A DNA stretch of 64,000 nt from Octopus sinensis (lineage: Eukaryota): positions 107,446,001 through 107,510,000 of the forward strand of contig NC_043001.1 in NCBI RefSeq assembly GCF_006345805.1, in the 5' to 3' direction. Below, piece by piece: positions 36,040 through 48,218 of the stretch. How positions within the stretch are numbered: position 1 is the stretch's first letter; the number at the start of each line of letters is the position of its first letter. Under the pieces are notes generated by a model. That model saw only the letters and a program-made list of their open reading frames with translations, was not told where the DNA came from and did no database searches. Position numbers and translations under genes: made by a program.

Positions 36040-37075
36040 TGCAGTCGTGGATTAAACAGAAACCGAGGCTAGGCGAATGGTACCGCAAGTGCTGCCTCGC
36101 TCTCAAGCAACTCTGCCGTCCAGGACCAAACTTGTACGACTTCATTACAACAAAGGCGTTCTATAGAGGATTAGTGGATGGGAGGTGCGACGACGTTCTC
36201 GGGCAGAATCTGAGCGCCGACAAGAAACACCTGACCCGCCTTTTCAGGACAACTTTCGGGCAGGGATCTATGGACAATCACCAAAGATCCCTGGCCTGGC
36301 AGTGCTATCGAGAAGCATTACCTATTTGTGATAAGCTCTACTGGCACGGTTCGAGACACACCGGACCGATTTGCCCGAGATGCGATCAGAGCGACGAAAC
36401 CGCTCTGCACACACTCGTGCAGTGTCCAACCATTTCGGACCTGTGGGCTTATGCCGAACGGCTGCTGTCCCGTGTGGGACGAGCTCACTTGTCGGACGAG
36501 TCTATCGTGATAATTGCTCCGCCACCTTCCCTCAACCGAGAAGGCAAGGCAGTCTTCATCGTACTGGTGGCGAGGGTGAAAGAATGTGTGTAGTGGACTC
36601 GAGCGAAAGGATTAGAGACAAACACTTACCTCTCTGACCAATCGCTCATCAACTTTTTCAAGTACCACTTGAAAAGGAAGGTGAGAATGAAGAGGCAGGT
36701 TTTGTCTCGTAAAAGTTTCAAAAAAAGGTGGGTGAATGTAGCAAAGATGGTACGTGCGAATGATGAAACCACTTTGAGCATAATCCTGTAAATCGAAGAG
36801 AGGGAGAGAGAGAACTCTAACCTCATATATCTATTCCCTCCCCACCCGAGGTTACCGTGGTCTTTTCCGTAGGCCTTTCTTCCCACGGACAAACCTTATC
36901 TTTCTTTTTACATTTTTAATATTTTCTGTGATACACGATTTTGATCGTTTTTTTTTTCACGATCCCTTTTGATCGAAATTTATTTTTTCTCAATTTTTTG
37001 CTATTTTCAAAAAGAAAAGCTCTACATTGTATTTTGTCCCCTCTGTGTTCTGCCCTGTGTAACTAATAAAGAAAC
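36040..37075 (+). mobile_element. Second L1/Tx1-clade LINE 3' fragment, ending in (TATC)n
   Basis: QRSLAWQCYREALPICDKLYWHGSRHTGPICPRCDQSDETALHTLVQCP, paralogous to 21392-21997; 3' end AATAAAGAAACTTATCTATC; preceded by a mariner-TIR-like CGAGGTTTGATCAATAAGTATCC (36012-36034). Confidence 0.9.
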
Positions 37076-37174
<99 letters not shown>

Positions 37175-37344
37175 CATATCTATTTATCTAGCTATCTATC
37201 AATATGTCTATCTATATGTGTTTGTATGTACGTATATACACAAATACACAAATACAAACACATACATATAAATAATAAAATTCTTTCTCTGTTAGCCAGA
37301 AATCTTGAAATACTGAATAATGACATACATACATACATACATAC

Positions 37345-38595
37345 ACACAGCCGAAAAATATGGAACAAGGAACTCTCTGCATTCAACAAAACATTGGCCT
37401 ACAATTTGTTTGCAGTGTCAGTACTCAGCATGTGGGATGCTTGACTGGACGCTTGATGAGATCCGAGTTATTGATGAGATCCAAGCACACATAATTTCCA
37501 CATAAACAGTGACATAAACTGCTTCTATCTAAGTTGAAAAAGAGTGGTGCAGAAGTTTAACATCGATCTCGACTGCCTTTGAATGTCATATCATATCCCT
37601 TCAGCAACATCTTTTAACCCCCAAGTGTCGAAGTGTATCCCTTGACAAGTTTACATACATGAGACTGATAATATTATAAGACTTCGAAGGCAGCTCTCTG
37701 ATCAGCATTCCTTGACTGATAACCTTAAATACATCTCTAAAGATGTCGCACAACTATACCGCTGTGTATCATCAGATGAAAGGATGAGCGTATACGAGCA
37801 GAATACTATGCATGGATATTATAATAGAAAGTTCCGGATTGATAGTAACATTGATCATTAAAGCTGACTATCAGGGACCAACAACCGGATTACTCACTCC
37901 CACTGTGAAAGGTATGCGTTTGCAATGCAGGAACAGGAAATATCAACCAAATACTTGATGCACAAAAGGGAAATGCAGCAAAATGTGATAACCGATTCAG
38001 ATTTTGTGGGGTTAACACTGAAGATATCACCTATTTTAGAAGCAGTTGTCCGAAAATGTTATCACAGTAATATCTACCGATGAAACATTTCAATTTCATA
38101 GCCAGGGCACTGTATGAGATCTGTCGCAAAGATAACTCCGAAGCCAAAGCAATAAGAACCCGCAGTATGGTAGAAGCCATATCCACTCATAATCAAAAGG
38201 ATTTCTGATGGAATGTCCTGGTGAAAACCTCAATGAAATGTAAGCTTAATAGACCTGACATAGTGATTTTGGACAGAGAATAGAATGTGTGTACTGTCGT
38301 GGAAATCAACCAAAGATCAGCGAAAAACAAAAATACTTGAGCTGAACTGTTGAGAAATGTCTAGTTACTCTATCCAGATTACAAGTTCATGTTTATACCT
38401 GTAATTATTGGGGCAGTGGTATATGTAACACAGTGCCTAAGTGCAAATATTGAGAAATTAATCTTCTGAAAATCAGAAAGGAGAAAATTGATTCGAAGAC
38501 TACAGATCCAAGCTATCAATGGAACTGTAAAAAACTGTAAACCTTTCCAGAATTTTGATTATTTAAGTATATATGAGGATATCTAGACATGCAAC
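37345..38595 (+). mobile_element. Decayed R4/Dong-like LINE (RT end to restriction-like endonuclease) in (CATA)n
   Basis: IWNKELSAFNKTLAYNLFAVSVL; WNVLVKTSMKCKLNRPDIVILDRE..CTVVEI (PD-D/E motif); YPDYKFMFIPVIIGA. Confidence 0.75.
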
Positions 38596-38824
38596 TAAAT
38601 GCATGAGAATACATACATACACACACACACATATATACATACATACATACATACATACATACATACATACATACATACATACATACACACACACACATAC
38701 ATACATACATACATACATACATACATACACATACACACACACACATACATACATACATACATTCATACATACATACAAACATACATACATACATACATAC
38801 ATACATACATACATACATACATAC

Positions 38825-39050
38825 AAGGGACAGCCGAGGAGGGACGGATTCGGTCAGCAGAGCAGAAACGCCAGATGCGGAAAGCCAGAGCCGCCTGCAC
38901 CAGTAGCACGGCCCCTACCCACTTCTGCCCCACCTGTGGGAGGGGCTTCCTTGCCCGGATTGGCCTCACCAGCCACCTCCGGTCTCATAGCGGCAGTTCC
39001 ACCAGATGATGTCAGTGGTCATCTTCGAACCCGAAAGACGAACATTATTA
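38825..39050 (+). mobile_element. RTE (BovB-like) LINE 3' end with C2H2 finger
   Basis: CPTCGRGFLARIGLTSHLRSH* followed by GGTCATCTTCGAACCCGAAAGACGAAC and short (ATT) tail. Confidence 0.85.
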
Positions 39051-39120
39051 TTAATACACTTGTATTATTGAAACCGGACCTTTTTCTATTTGCATGAAAT
39101 CTTGAAATAAAAGTGAATAA

Positions 39121-39196
<76 letters not shown>

Positions 39197-39314
39197 TTAA
39201 ACTGCCTCTAAAGGACAATTTGAAAAATTAAATAACGGAAGCACTGATACACAATTCGGAAATCTGATTCCAAAATGTTCGTTTCATTCTGTTTTACTTA
39301 GATTTTTAATTACC

Positions 39315-39662
39315 CTTATTACTCTTTTACTCTTTTACTTGTTTCAGTCATATGATTGCGGCCATGCTGGAGCACCGCCTTTAGTCGAACAAATCTACGC
39401 CAGGGCTTATTCTTTGTAAGCCTAGTACTTATCCTATCGGTCTCTTTTGCCGAACGGCTAAGTTACGGGGACGTAAACACACCAGCATCGGATGTCAAGC
39501 GATGTTGGGAGGACAAACAGAGACACACAAACACATACATGTACATACACATACATGTATATGCATATATACAACGGGTTTCTTTCAGTTTCCGTCTATC
39601 AAATCCACTCACAAGGCTTTGGTCGGCTCGAGGCTATAGTAGAAGACACTTGCCCAAGGTGC
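39315..39662 (-). mobile_element. SINE family A lacking the tRNA head
   Basis: Tail through CORE-like motif, truncated at GCCCAAGGTGCC. Confidence 0.85.
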
Positions 39663-39710
39663 CAATAACATTGAAGAAAATCTTTTGTCATATATATATA
39701 TATATATTAG

Positions 39711-39845
39711 TTTATAGAAGGAGCTTCTACAGGACTAGAACTGTTTCATTCAAATGAAATCATCAGGAAGCTTTGTGTCACAAAGCTTCCTGATGATTTC
39801 ATTTGAATGAAACAGTTCTAGTCCTGTAGAAGCTCCTTCTATAAA
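39711..39845. ncRNA. 135-bp palindrome carrying a type I hammerhead on each strand (39784-39834 +, 39722-39772 -)
   Basis: 67-bp arms, 1-nt spacer (39778); AGCTTC CTGATGA TTTC ATTT GAAT GAAA CAG TTCTAGTC CTG TA GAAGCT; GUA triplet. Confidence 0.8.
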
Positions 39846-39912
39846 ATAAATTAATTTACTCTGCTATGTATTGAGTACCTTATTTACTGTGGTTAACCTC
39901 AACTCAACCCGG

Positions 39913-40004
<92 letters not shown>

Positions 40005-40455
40005 ATATTCATGTATGTATATATATATTTTATATATACATTTATAAACACATACACACATCTATATCTATATCTATCTATATTTACACACACACACACA
40101 TGTATATATATATATATATATATGATATAAATCATATGTATAATATACATGGAAGTTATAGAGAGTGGAGACCGATTGTACTAGACAAGAATCGATACCA
40201 TCCTATGAAGTGAAAATATACAGTCCTTTGAAATAGATTCGCTAAAGTAAAAATAGAAACCTAGCCATGTTTCACGTAAAAATCTATCTTCTAACTCATG
40301 CCTTTCTTTGCCTGGCTTCCATCGTCTTGAGATTATTATTTATATTTTGTTAAATCTAATTGAATTATTTTTCTTCCTCAACGATCAATCAATCAGATAG
40401 AATTTATCACGTGTCTGCGTGGTTTAATGCAATCAATTCATTGAAGTTAGTTGCT

Positions 40456-40495
<40 letters not shown>

Positions 40496-40611
40496 TATTA
40501 GTCTCAGAAGAAAGAGCAATGGGTGTCATAGAAAAGATTAAAAATATTCCTATTTTACCTCAGGACCCTATTTACCCATATATGAAACTGACTCAGAGTG
40601 GCAAGCGACTG

Positions 40612-41265
40612 GTACGACAAATATATTTCTGTATTGCCCACAAGGGGTTAAACATAGAGGGGACAAGCAAAAACAAACAAAGGGATTAAGTCGATTACCT
40701 CGACCCCAGTGCGTAACTGGTACTTTATTTAACGACCCCGAAAGGTTGAAAGTCAAAGTCGACCTCGGCGGAATTTGTGCTCAGAAAGTAACGGCAGACG
40801 AAATACCGCTAAGCATTTTGCCCGGCGCGCTAACGTCTCTGCCAGCTCGCCGCCTGACAAATATGCATACATACATACATACATACATACATACATACAT
40901 ACATACATACATACATAAAAACATGCTCACATACTTATATACATAGAGTTACTCTATATAGATTACAAGTTCAGAGTTATACCTGTAATTATTAGGGCAT
41001 TGGGATATGTAACAGACTACCTAAATACCAGTCTTGAGAAATTATGCAGAAATGATAGCACGCCGGGCGAACTGCGTAACTGTTTTTCGTTTGCCGTTAC
41101 GTTCTGAGTTCAAATTCCGCCGAGGTCGACTTTGCCTTTCATCCTTTCGGGGTCGATAAATTAAGTACCAGTTACGCACTGGGGTCGATATAATCGACTT
41201 AATCCGTTTGTCTGTCCTTGTTTGTCCCCTCTATGTTTAGCCCCTTTTGGGCAGTAAAGAAATAT
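40612..41265. mobile_element. Divergent (inverted) pair of SINE family B: 40612-40855 (-) and 41057-41265 (+)
   Basis: Same consensus read on opposite strands ~200 bp apart; R4-like endonuclease scrap at 40960-41045. Confidence 0.85.
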
Positions 41266-41999
41266 ATATTCTGGCACCGACTTTACAGCTCTATCAAGAA
41301 TCATATTGAATGCTGTAGCAAACATCCAAGTATTGTGAATCGTCCAAAACATATTAATGGCCCTCGCTGATTCGAAATATCCAGTATTTTAAAGAAAAGG
41401 GAAACGCGACGAGAAGCATTGATGTCGTTCATGCCTTTCCTTAGACTGTTGTGTCGTAGGTGAATTGTAAAAATTTCAGCTCAAGATTGAACCTGCGTTG
41501 AGATCATGTTTTCCGTTACAAGAAACTTATACGACCTTGACGTGTAGCGACAGGAAACGAAGTTGCTCTATATTTAGATAATTAGAATAAAATTACATAT
41601 AATTGGAATGAAATTATTTATAATTGAAACTTAATATTTTAAGGTCTTTCCTTGTAAACACTGCTTCATATCCAAATGTTGATATTTTCATAAGTACAAA
41701 GCAGCAGGATTAATTCTCACGCATAAATTAATACTTTTCTTCAGCTCCAATGTATAAGTGTAAAGCTCTGGATTAAAATAAACAAATTAAACCAACTAAA
41801 AATACTACTATTTAATGAGCCTGTCTGTACACGATCACAAAACTAGCTTCTAATAAATCCCCCTCGAATCACGCTTCATCATCTAAAAGAAAAATACAGA
41901 ACGATACGTTAAGAATAATCTAGGTATGGTTACTCTGTGTATAAAAATAAACATGGTACGATCTTAGGTCTGCTTTTGTAAGGACTAAATGGTGTTGTG

Positions 42000-42170
42000 T
42001 GGAGGCACATGGCTTAGTGGTTAAGGTATCAGAATCATGATCGTAAGATTGTGGTTTCAATTCCTTGACCGGGCGACGCGTTGTGTTCTTGAGCAAAACA
42101 CTTCATTTCACGTTTGCTCCAGTATACTCAGCTGGCAAAAATGAGTAACGCTGCGATGGATTGACGTCCC
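42000..42170 (+). mobile_element. SINE family C 5' part
   Basis: GGAGGCACATGGCTTAGTGGTTAAGG..GGTTTCAATTCC..TGTGTTCTTGAGCAAAACACTT..CTCAGCTGGCAAAAATGAGT. Confidence 0.85.
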
Positions 42171-42229
42171 TAAGCCATGAGAGCTTAGTAGTAGTAGTAG
42201 TAGCAGCAGTAGTAGTAGTTGTAGTAGTT

Positions 42230-42273
<44 letters not shown>

Positions 42274-42280
42274 TATTTAC

Positions 42281-42347
42281 CTGTCGTGAATGCGACCAAG
42301 CTGATTATTAAGGCAACAATGTTGATTATCTTTGATGACGGATACAT
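42281..42347 (-). CDS. First coding exon part, signal peptide MYPSSKIINIVALIISLVAFTT (exon 42395-42281)
   Basis: Acceptor TTTTATTTCTTTTATTTTCTTTTCTAG, ATG with A at -3, hydrophobic h-region, phase-1 donor CAG|GTAAAT matching the phase-1 acceptor at 31238. Confidence 0.8.
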
Positions 42348-42859
42348 ACTCCTTTCTTTTGGATGTTTCTTAATAAATCTGATCAACGGAGGTTCCTAGA
42401 AAAGAAAATAAAAGAAATAAAATGAAGAATGCAACGAATTAGTTGTCTCTGGCACTTTTTCCCAAAATTATAAGCAAAAATAATTCAATGAAGATAGTTC
42501 CGCAAAGAATGGTATCAAAGTTGCACAAGCATTCTTTGAAAAGAGGAATCGTCAAATTTAATCAACTCCAATATTTGACTTCTCTCCTGGTTATTTATTT
42601 CATCGATTCTGAGACAGCGAAAATCAATACGGACGTCATCAGGATCTTTGACCCTTGTATTTTATAATTCAGATATATCCGCTCAAAATTTCATTATCTG
42701 GGACTAGCTGGTCTATACACTAATCTATATTTTGTTGAGTAATATGATGTTTAAAACTAGTTTTTACTGAGTTATCTGAAATTTATTGAAACATGACTTG
42801 CAAAAAACAACCATTCTATTTATTGGTAGTTATTTAGCATTACTGGTATAATAACGGAT

Positions 42860-43072
42860 AAAGCGGCGAGCTGGCAGAACCGTTAGCACGCCGGGCGAAA
42901 TGCGTAGCCGTATTTCGTCTGCCGCTACGTTCTGAGTTCAAAATTCCGCCGAGGTCGACTTTGCCTTTCATCCTTTCGGGGTCGATTAAATAAGTACCAG
43001 TTAAGCACTGGGGTCGATGTAATCCGTTTGTTTGTCCTTGTTTGTCTCTTTCTGTGGGTAGTAAAGAAATAT
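42860..43072 (+). mobile_element. SINE family B, full length
   Basis: AAAGCGGCGAGCTGGCAGAACCG..GAGTTCAAAATTCC..GGGTAGTAAAGAAAT. Confidence 0.9.
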
Positions 43073-43464
43073 GTATAATCATGGATTTTAATTTCGTAGT
43101 GAAAAAGTTGAATTAAAAAAAAATGAAAACTTCAAGAAATAGCCTTGGAAACAAATCAAAAGTAAAAGTAGAAACATAACCCAACCAAAAAATGAAAAAT
43201 GTAAAATTATAAAAAATAATGCAGGTAGAATAAAAAAAAACCCAAATAATAATACTTTCTACTGTAGACGCTTCTTGTAGGGTATGCTGTGATGACAGTA
43301 ATATAACAGGTGCAACTTGTAATATCTAGATATAAGTTTTCCTCTTTGGACCTTATAACAAAATAACCTTTTCACCGTGGAATTTCATTATGCTTAACTA
43401 CGGAAAACACTTTAATATTCAAGTCTATCTTCTTTTGAGGAATGTCATGTTTGAAGCAATTTTC

Positions 43465-43893
43465 GGATCTTTTCGGTTTGAACGGCAGTTTTTGCTAGCG
43501 GTGTCATATGAAATTGTCACCCATAATTATGACCCTAATATCGATCTATTGCATTTCAATCTGTTTTTGGGTTTAGGGTTAGTTAGGGTTAGGGGTGGAG
43601 GGAAGGGTATCTTTTTTTCTTCACAAATGTAAATAAACCCAATCTGTTTCTTAACGAGGGACATATTCATAAGGCACAGAATGTTTTTAACTCAATGGAC
43701 GTCATCGATTAGTTGAAATTGCAGAAATTGAAGAAAAAAAAAACAGCAAATATCTTACGAACTATAAAAATGTTCTCAATAAAGCCAAGAGAAAAAGATG
43801 TTTTATAAACACATTCTACCAGTATACGAAGTTTAAAATCTTTTAGTTACCTAGAAATTATGTTAAAAACTGCCGTTCAAACCGAAAAGATCC
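43465..43893. mobile_element. 429-bp MITE, 29-bp perfect TIRs, 8-bp TSD CAATTTTC
   Basis: GGATCTTTTCGGTTTGAACGGCAGTTTTT ... AAAAACTGCCGTTCAAACCGAAAAGATCC; CAATTTTC at 43457-43464 and 43894-43901; internal TTAGGG-like units. Confidence 0.9.
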
Positions 43894-44439
43894 CAATTTT
43901 CTATTGAAATATGTCCAGTTTATGAAGCAACGTGATTTGTAGAAAATACCAATTCTATGTTTTACTGGATAATAAACATAATTACTGGAATAAACGTAAA
44001 ATTTAATTTCTCCATTAAAGGGTCAAAGAAATATATGCAACAAGGACGTAACTGCTGTTGGAAAGTATTCACGTGCGAATATTCCCATGCGCCGCTCAGA
44101 GAAATAGGTCTGTACCTTCAGGATCAAAGAGCTTATCCATCTTAAATTGAATTCATTTCTTTCAAGAATCTAGAAGTAACTATGGCTTTGTATTAGTTCA
44201 ATGTGATTGGTAAGAAGCAATCGTGGCACGCGATTAGAAGCATATATACATACACAGACAAAAATATCTGTGTGATAAATAAGGTAGTTTTAGAAGCATT
44301 TGGCGTCTTGTTCTAGCATGTGGCATTATTCAATAGATGTCCTTATTATAATTTTATAATTATATTTATAAAATTAAATACTTTGTAATAATTATTACCT
44401 AAATGGTTTTTTACAGCTAGCTACTTGATAAAATCCTAT

Positions 44440-44590
44440 ATAGATTCTATCGGTCACTATTGCCGAACCGCTAAGTTACGGGGACGTAAACACACAAGCA
44501 TCAGTTGTCAAGTGATGGTGGTGGTGGTGCGGAGGGGACAAGGATGCACAAACACACACACACGCATACACACACACACACATATATATC
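44440..44590 (-). mobile_element. SINE family A tail fragment
   Basis: GCCGAACCGCTAAGTTACGGGGACGTAAAC..TTGTCAAG. Confidence 0.75.
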
Positions 44591-44630
44591 AGACAATGCT
44601 TCAAGGAAATTATACTAACCTACTCCTTTA

Positions 44631-44715
<85 letters not shown>

Positions 44716-44834
44716 ACATATATATGAATGTATATATATGTATTTATATATGTATATATATATGTATATACATATATGATTTTAGGCATACATGCACATA
44801 TATATATATATATAATATATATATATATAATATA

Positions 44835-45259
44835 TATATATATATAATATATATGTGTGTGTGTGTGTGTGTGTGCGCGCGCGCGCGCGTGTGTGTGTGT
44901 GCGCGCGCGCGCGTGTGTGTGTGTTTGTGTGTGTACATATAATTATACAGGTACCCTTAAACGCAGACACGCTCACATATGCCATTACAATCACGTACGC
45001 ACACTGGATGATTTTGAGATTAATTGGGTGATTGATTGGTAGATAAACTAATCGAATGATTGATATAAAGAGATTCCGATGCATAAAGTAATTGATAGTT
45101 AATTTAATTGATAAAATGGTAAAATAAATAAAGATAAACGGGAATGGTTGACAAGATTGATAGACAGAGCCGTCAATGTCGAGAAAGGAATTAATGGAAA
45201 ATGGTAAAACCTGGCAGACACACAACGTTTTAAATTAACTTGGTACGTAGCGCTATCTA

Positions 45260-45358
<99 letters not shown>

Positions 45359-45391
45359 GTCTGTCTGTCTGTCTTTCTGTCTGCCTGTCTG

Positions 45392-45464
<73 letters not shown>

Positions 45465-45471
45465 ATGTCTG

Positions 45472-45506
<35 letters not shown>

Positions 45507-46112
45507 ATCTATCTATCTATCTGTCTGTCTGTCTATCTATCTGTCTGTCTGTCTGTTGACTGTATATATGTAAGTATACACACACACACACACACACATA
45601 TATATACATGTGTATGTGTATAGTTATACGCACATGCACATTTACATATGTATCTATTTATATATATATATATACGACCTACACTTATATATATATATAT
45701 AATATATATGTGTGTGTGTGTGTGTGTGTGCGCGCGCGCGCGTGTGTGTGTGTGCGCGCGCGCGCGTGTGTGTGTGTTTGTGTGTGTACATATAATTATA
45801 CAGGTACCCTTAAACGCAGACACGCTCACATATGCCATTACAATCACGTACGCACACTGGATGATTTTGAGATTAATTGGGTGATTGATTGGTAGATAAA
45901 CTAATCGAATGATTGATATAAAGAGATTCCGATGCATAAAGTAATTGATAGTTAATTTAATTGATAAAATGGTAAAATAAATAAAGATAAACGGGAATGG
46001 TTGACAAGATTGATAGACAGAGCCGTCAATGTCGAGAAAGGAATTAATGGAAAATGGTAAAACCTGGCAGACACACAACGTTTTAAATTAACTTGGTACG
46101 TAGCGCTATCTA

Positions 46113-46211
<99 letters not shown>

Positions 46212-46240
46212 GTCTGTCTGTCTTTCTGTCTGCCTGTCTG

Positions 46241-46313
<73 letters not shown>

Positions 46314-46320
46314 ATGTCTG

Positions 46321-46351
<31 letters not shown>

Positions 46352-46533
46352 ATCTATCTATCTATCTGTCTGTCTGTCTATCTATCTGTCTGTCTGTCTG
46401 TCTGACTGTATATATGTAAGTATACACACACACACACACACACATATATATACATGTGTATGTGTATAGTTATACGCACATGCACATTTACATATGTATC
46501 TATTTATATATATATATATATATACGACCTACA

Positions 46534-46570
<37 letters not shown>
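44835..46570. repeat. Tandem duplication, ~853-bp period
   Basis: GGTACC at 44950 and 45803; the ~300-bp unique core appears identical, differences confined to microsatellite lengths. Confidence 0.9.
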
Positions 46571-46576
<6 letters not shown>

Positions 46577-47064
46577 TGATATACATTTACACTTATGTAT
46601 ACATAAGTAAGTATATACGCGCACATATTTATGTATATACACATATAATTATATACATATGTGTGTATGTATATATGTGTGTGTGGGGGGGGGTATATGT
46701 AGATACCCTATGGCCGAATAATTAAGAACATTTTTATTTTATTGCCTGGAGTCGAAATTTGTAAGAAAAATGAGCGGATGGAAGCTGAGTTATAGTTGTT
46801 TTTCTTCATAGTCGGGTAGATTGTACCTGGACGTTACAGAAAGCTGTCACTTTCTCACACTCATTGTCATTCCAGTTTTACCTGAGAGCTACGGTATGCT
46901 AGCCACTAACTTGTAAGATCAGGAGCAAGGGATTCTGGTTAAGGCAAAGAACTTTCATCGACCTTCCTCCGCGATAACCCAACATATATAAATAGCCGCA
47001 AGTGCGAGCGCGTACACACATACACATTCACAAACATACATATGTTTATGTATGTGTGTGTTTA

Positions 47065-47095
<31 letters not shown>

Positions 47096-47273
47096 CTGTA
47101 TGCTTATATTTATATATATGTACATACACGCTTACACATATCTATATTTATATAGATAAATAGACAGACAGAATGATAGATAGTTAGATAGACAGGTAGA
47201 TAGATAGATAGACAGATAGACAAACACAGACAGATAGATAGATAGTCAGGCAGACAGACAGAAGACAGACAGG

Positions 47274-47392
<119 letters not shown>

Positions 47393-47616
47393 TCTGGCAG
47401 GTGGACACATAAATAACTTCGTAGAAAGATGTTTCCGGTGAGTCTCTGTACCGAAACAAGTTTTATGGTTAGAAAAACAGACACTTAAAGAATTTCAGCC
47501 AATTAATCAGAAAGATGCAAGCTGACCATAGAATCAATATACTTCTTTGTCTAAATGGAAATATTCCGCTCTACATCTATTAAAGTAAACCTACCCTTTT
47601 TTTGTATTGCATGGCC

Positions 47617-48175
47617 TTGATGCGTGTGATCGTCGCATTGACCATGACAGAGAAAGTTGAGCAGAGAATCTGCATCAAATTTTGCCAAAAGCTTGGCGAT
47701 ACCTGTTCAGAAGCCTACGCAAATTTTCAAAAAGTTTTCATCGTTCTCGACACAACCAAAGAAATTTTGTGAAACTGAAACGCGAGTCTCATTTTGGTCA
47801 GCTGAAAGCAGTTTTGGCACAAATTTGGCAGACACACGTCTCATCCCCAAATCTTCAGTGATAATAGACTGAACTGAACCGTAACTAATCTGAAGATGAA
47901 CCGATACCTCACGGATGGTGATTCGACGATTTCCCCTCACAGATGCGCGCACATCTGGGAGGTTTTTCTCAATTCTGCTGGTTGCGGGTCTCTCAGAACG
48001 TTCGTCAATGTCGACATTTTGTTGGCCATCTGGGAAACATTTGAACCACTCGTAGATTTGTGTGCAGCTCATACACTCCTCTCCATACTCTTTCTGCAAC
48101 ATTGTGTAAGCTTCTGAGAAGGTATTACCATGATAACTTTCTCTGTCATGGTCAATGCGAGGATCACACGCTACA
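47617..48175 (-). pseudogene. Second mariner family, N-terminal fragment, with its 5' region duplicated in inverted orientation
   Basis: Minus ORF IYEWFKCF..DERSERPATS..RRITIREVS..GMRRVSAKFVPKLLS; plus 47642 reads MTEKVEQRICIKFCQKLGDTCSEAY, inverse of 48100-48170. Confidence 0.8.
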
Positions 48176-48218
48176 CACATTCCTTCGGAGCACTGCTGTA
48201 AACAATGGAAATGATCTA

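Noticed and set aside
43565-43600. Interstitial telomere (TTAGGG units)
   Set aside because: Only about three imperfect units, internal to a MITE
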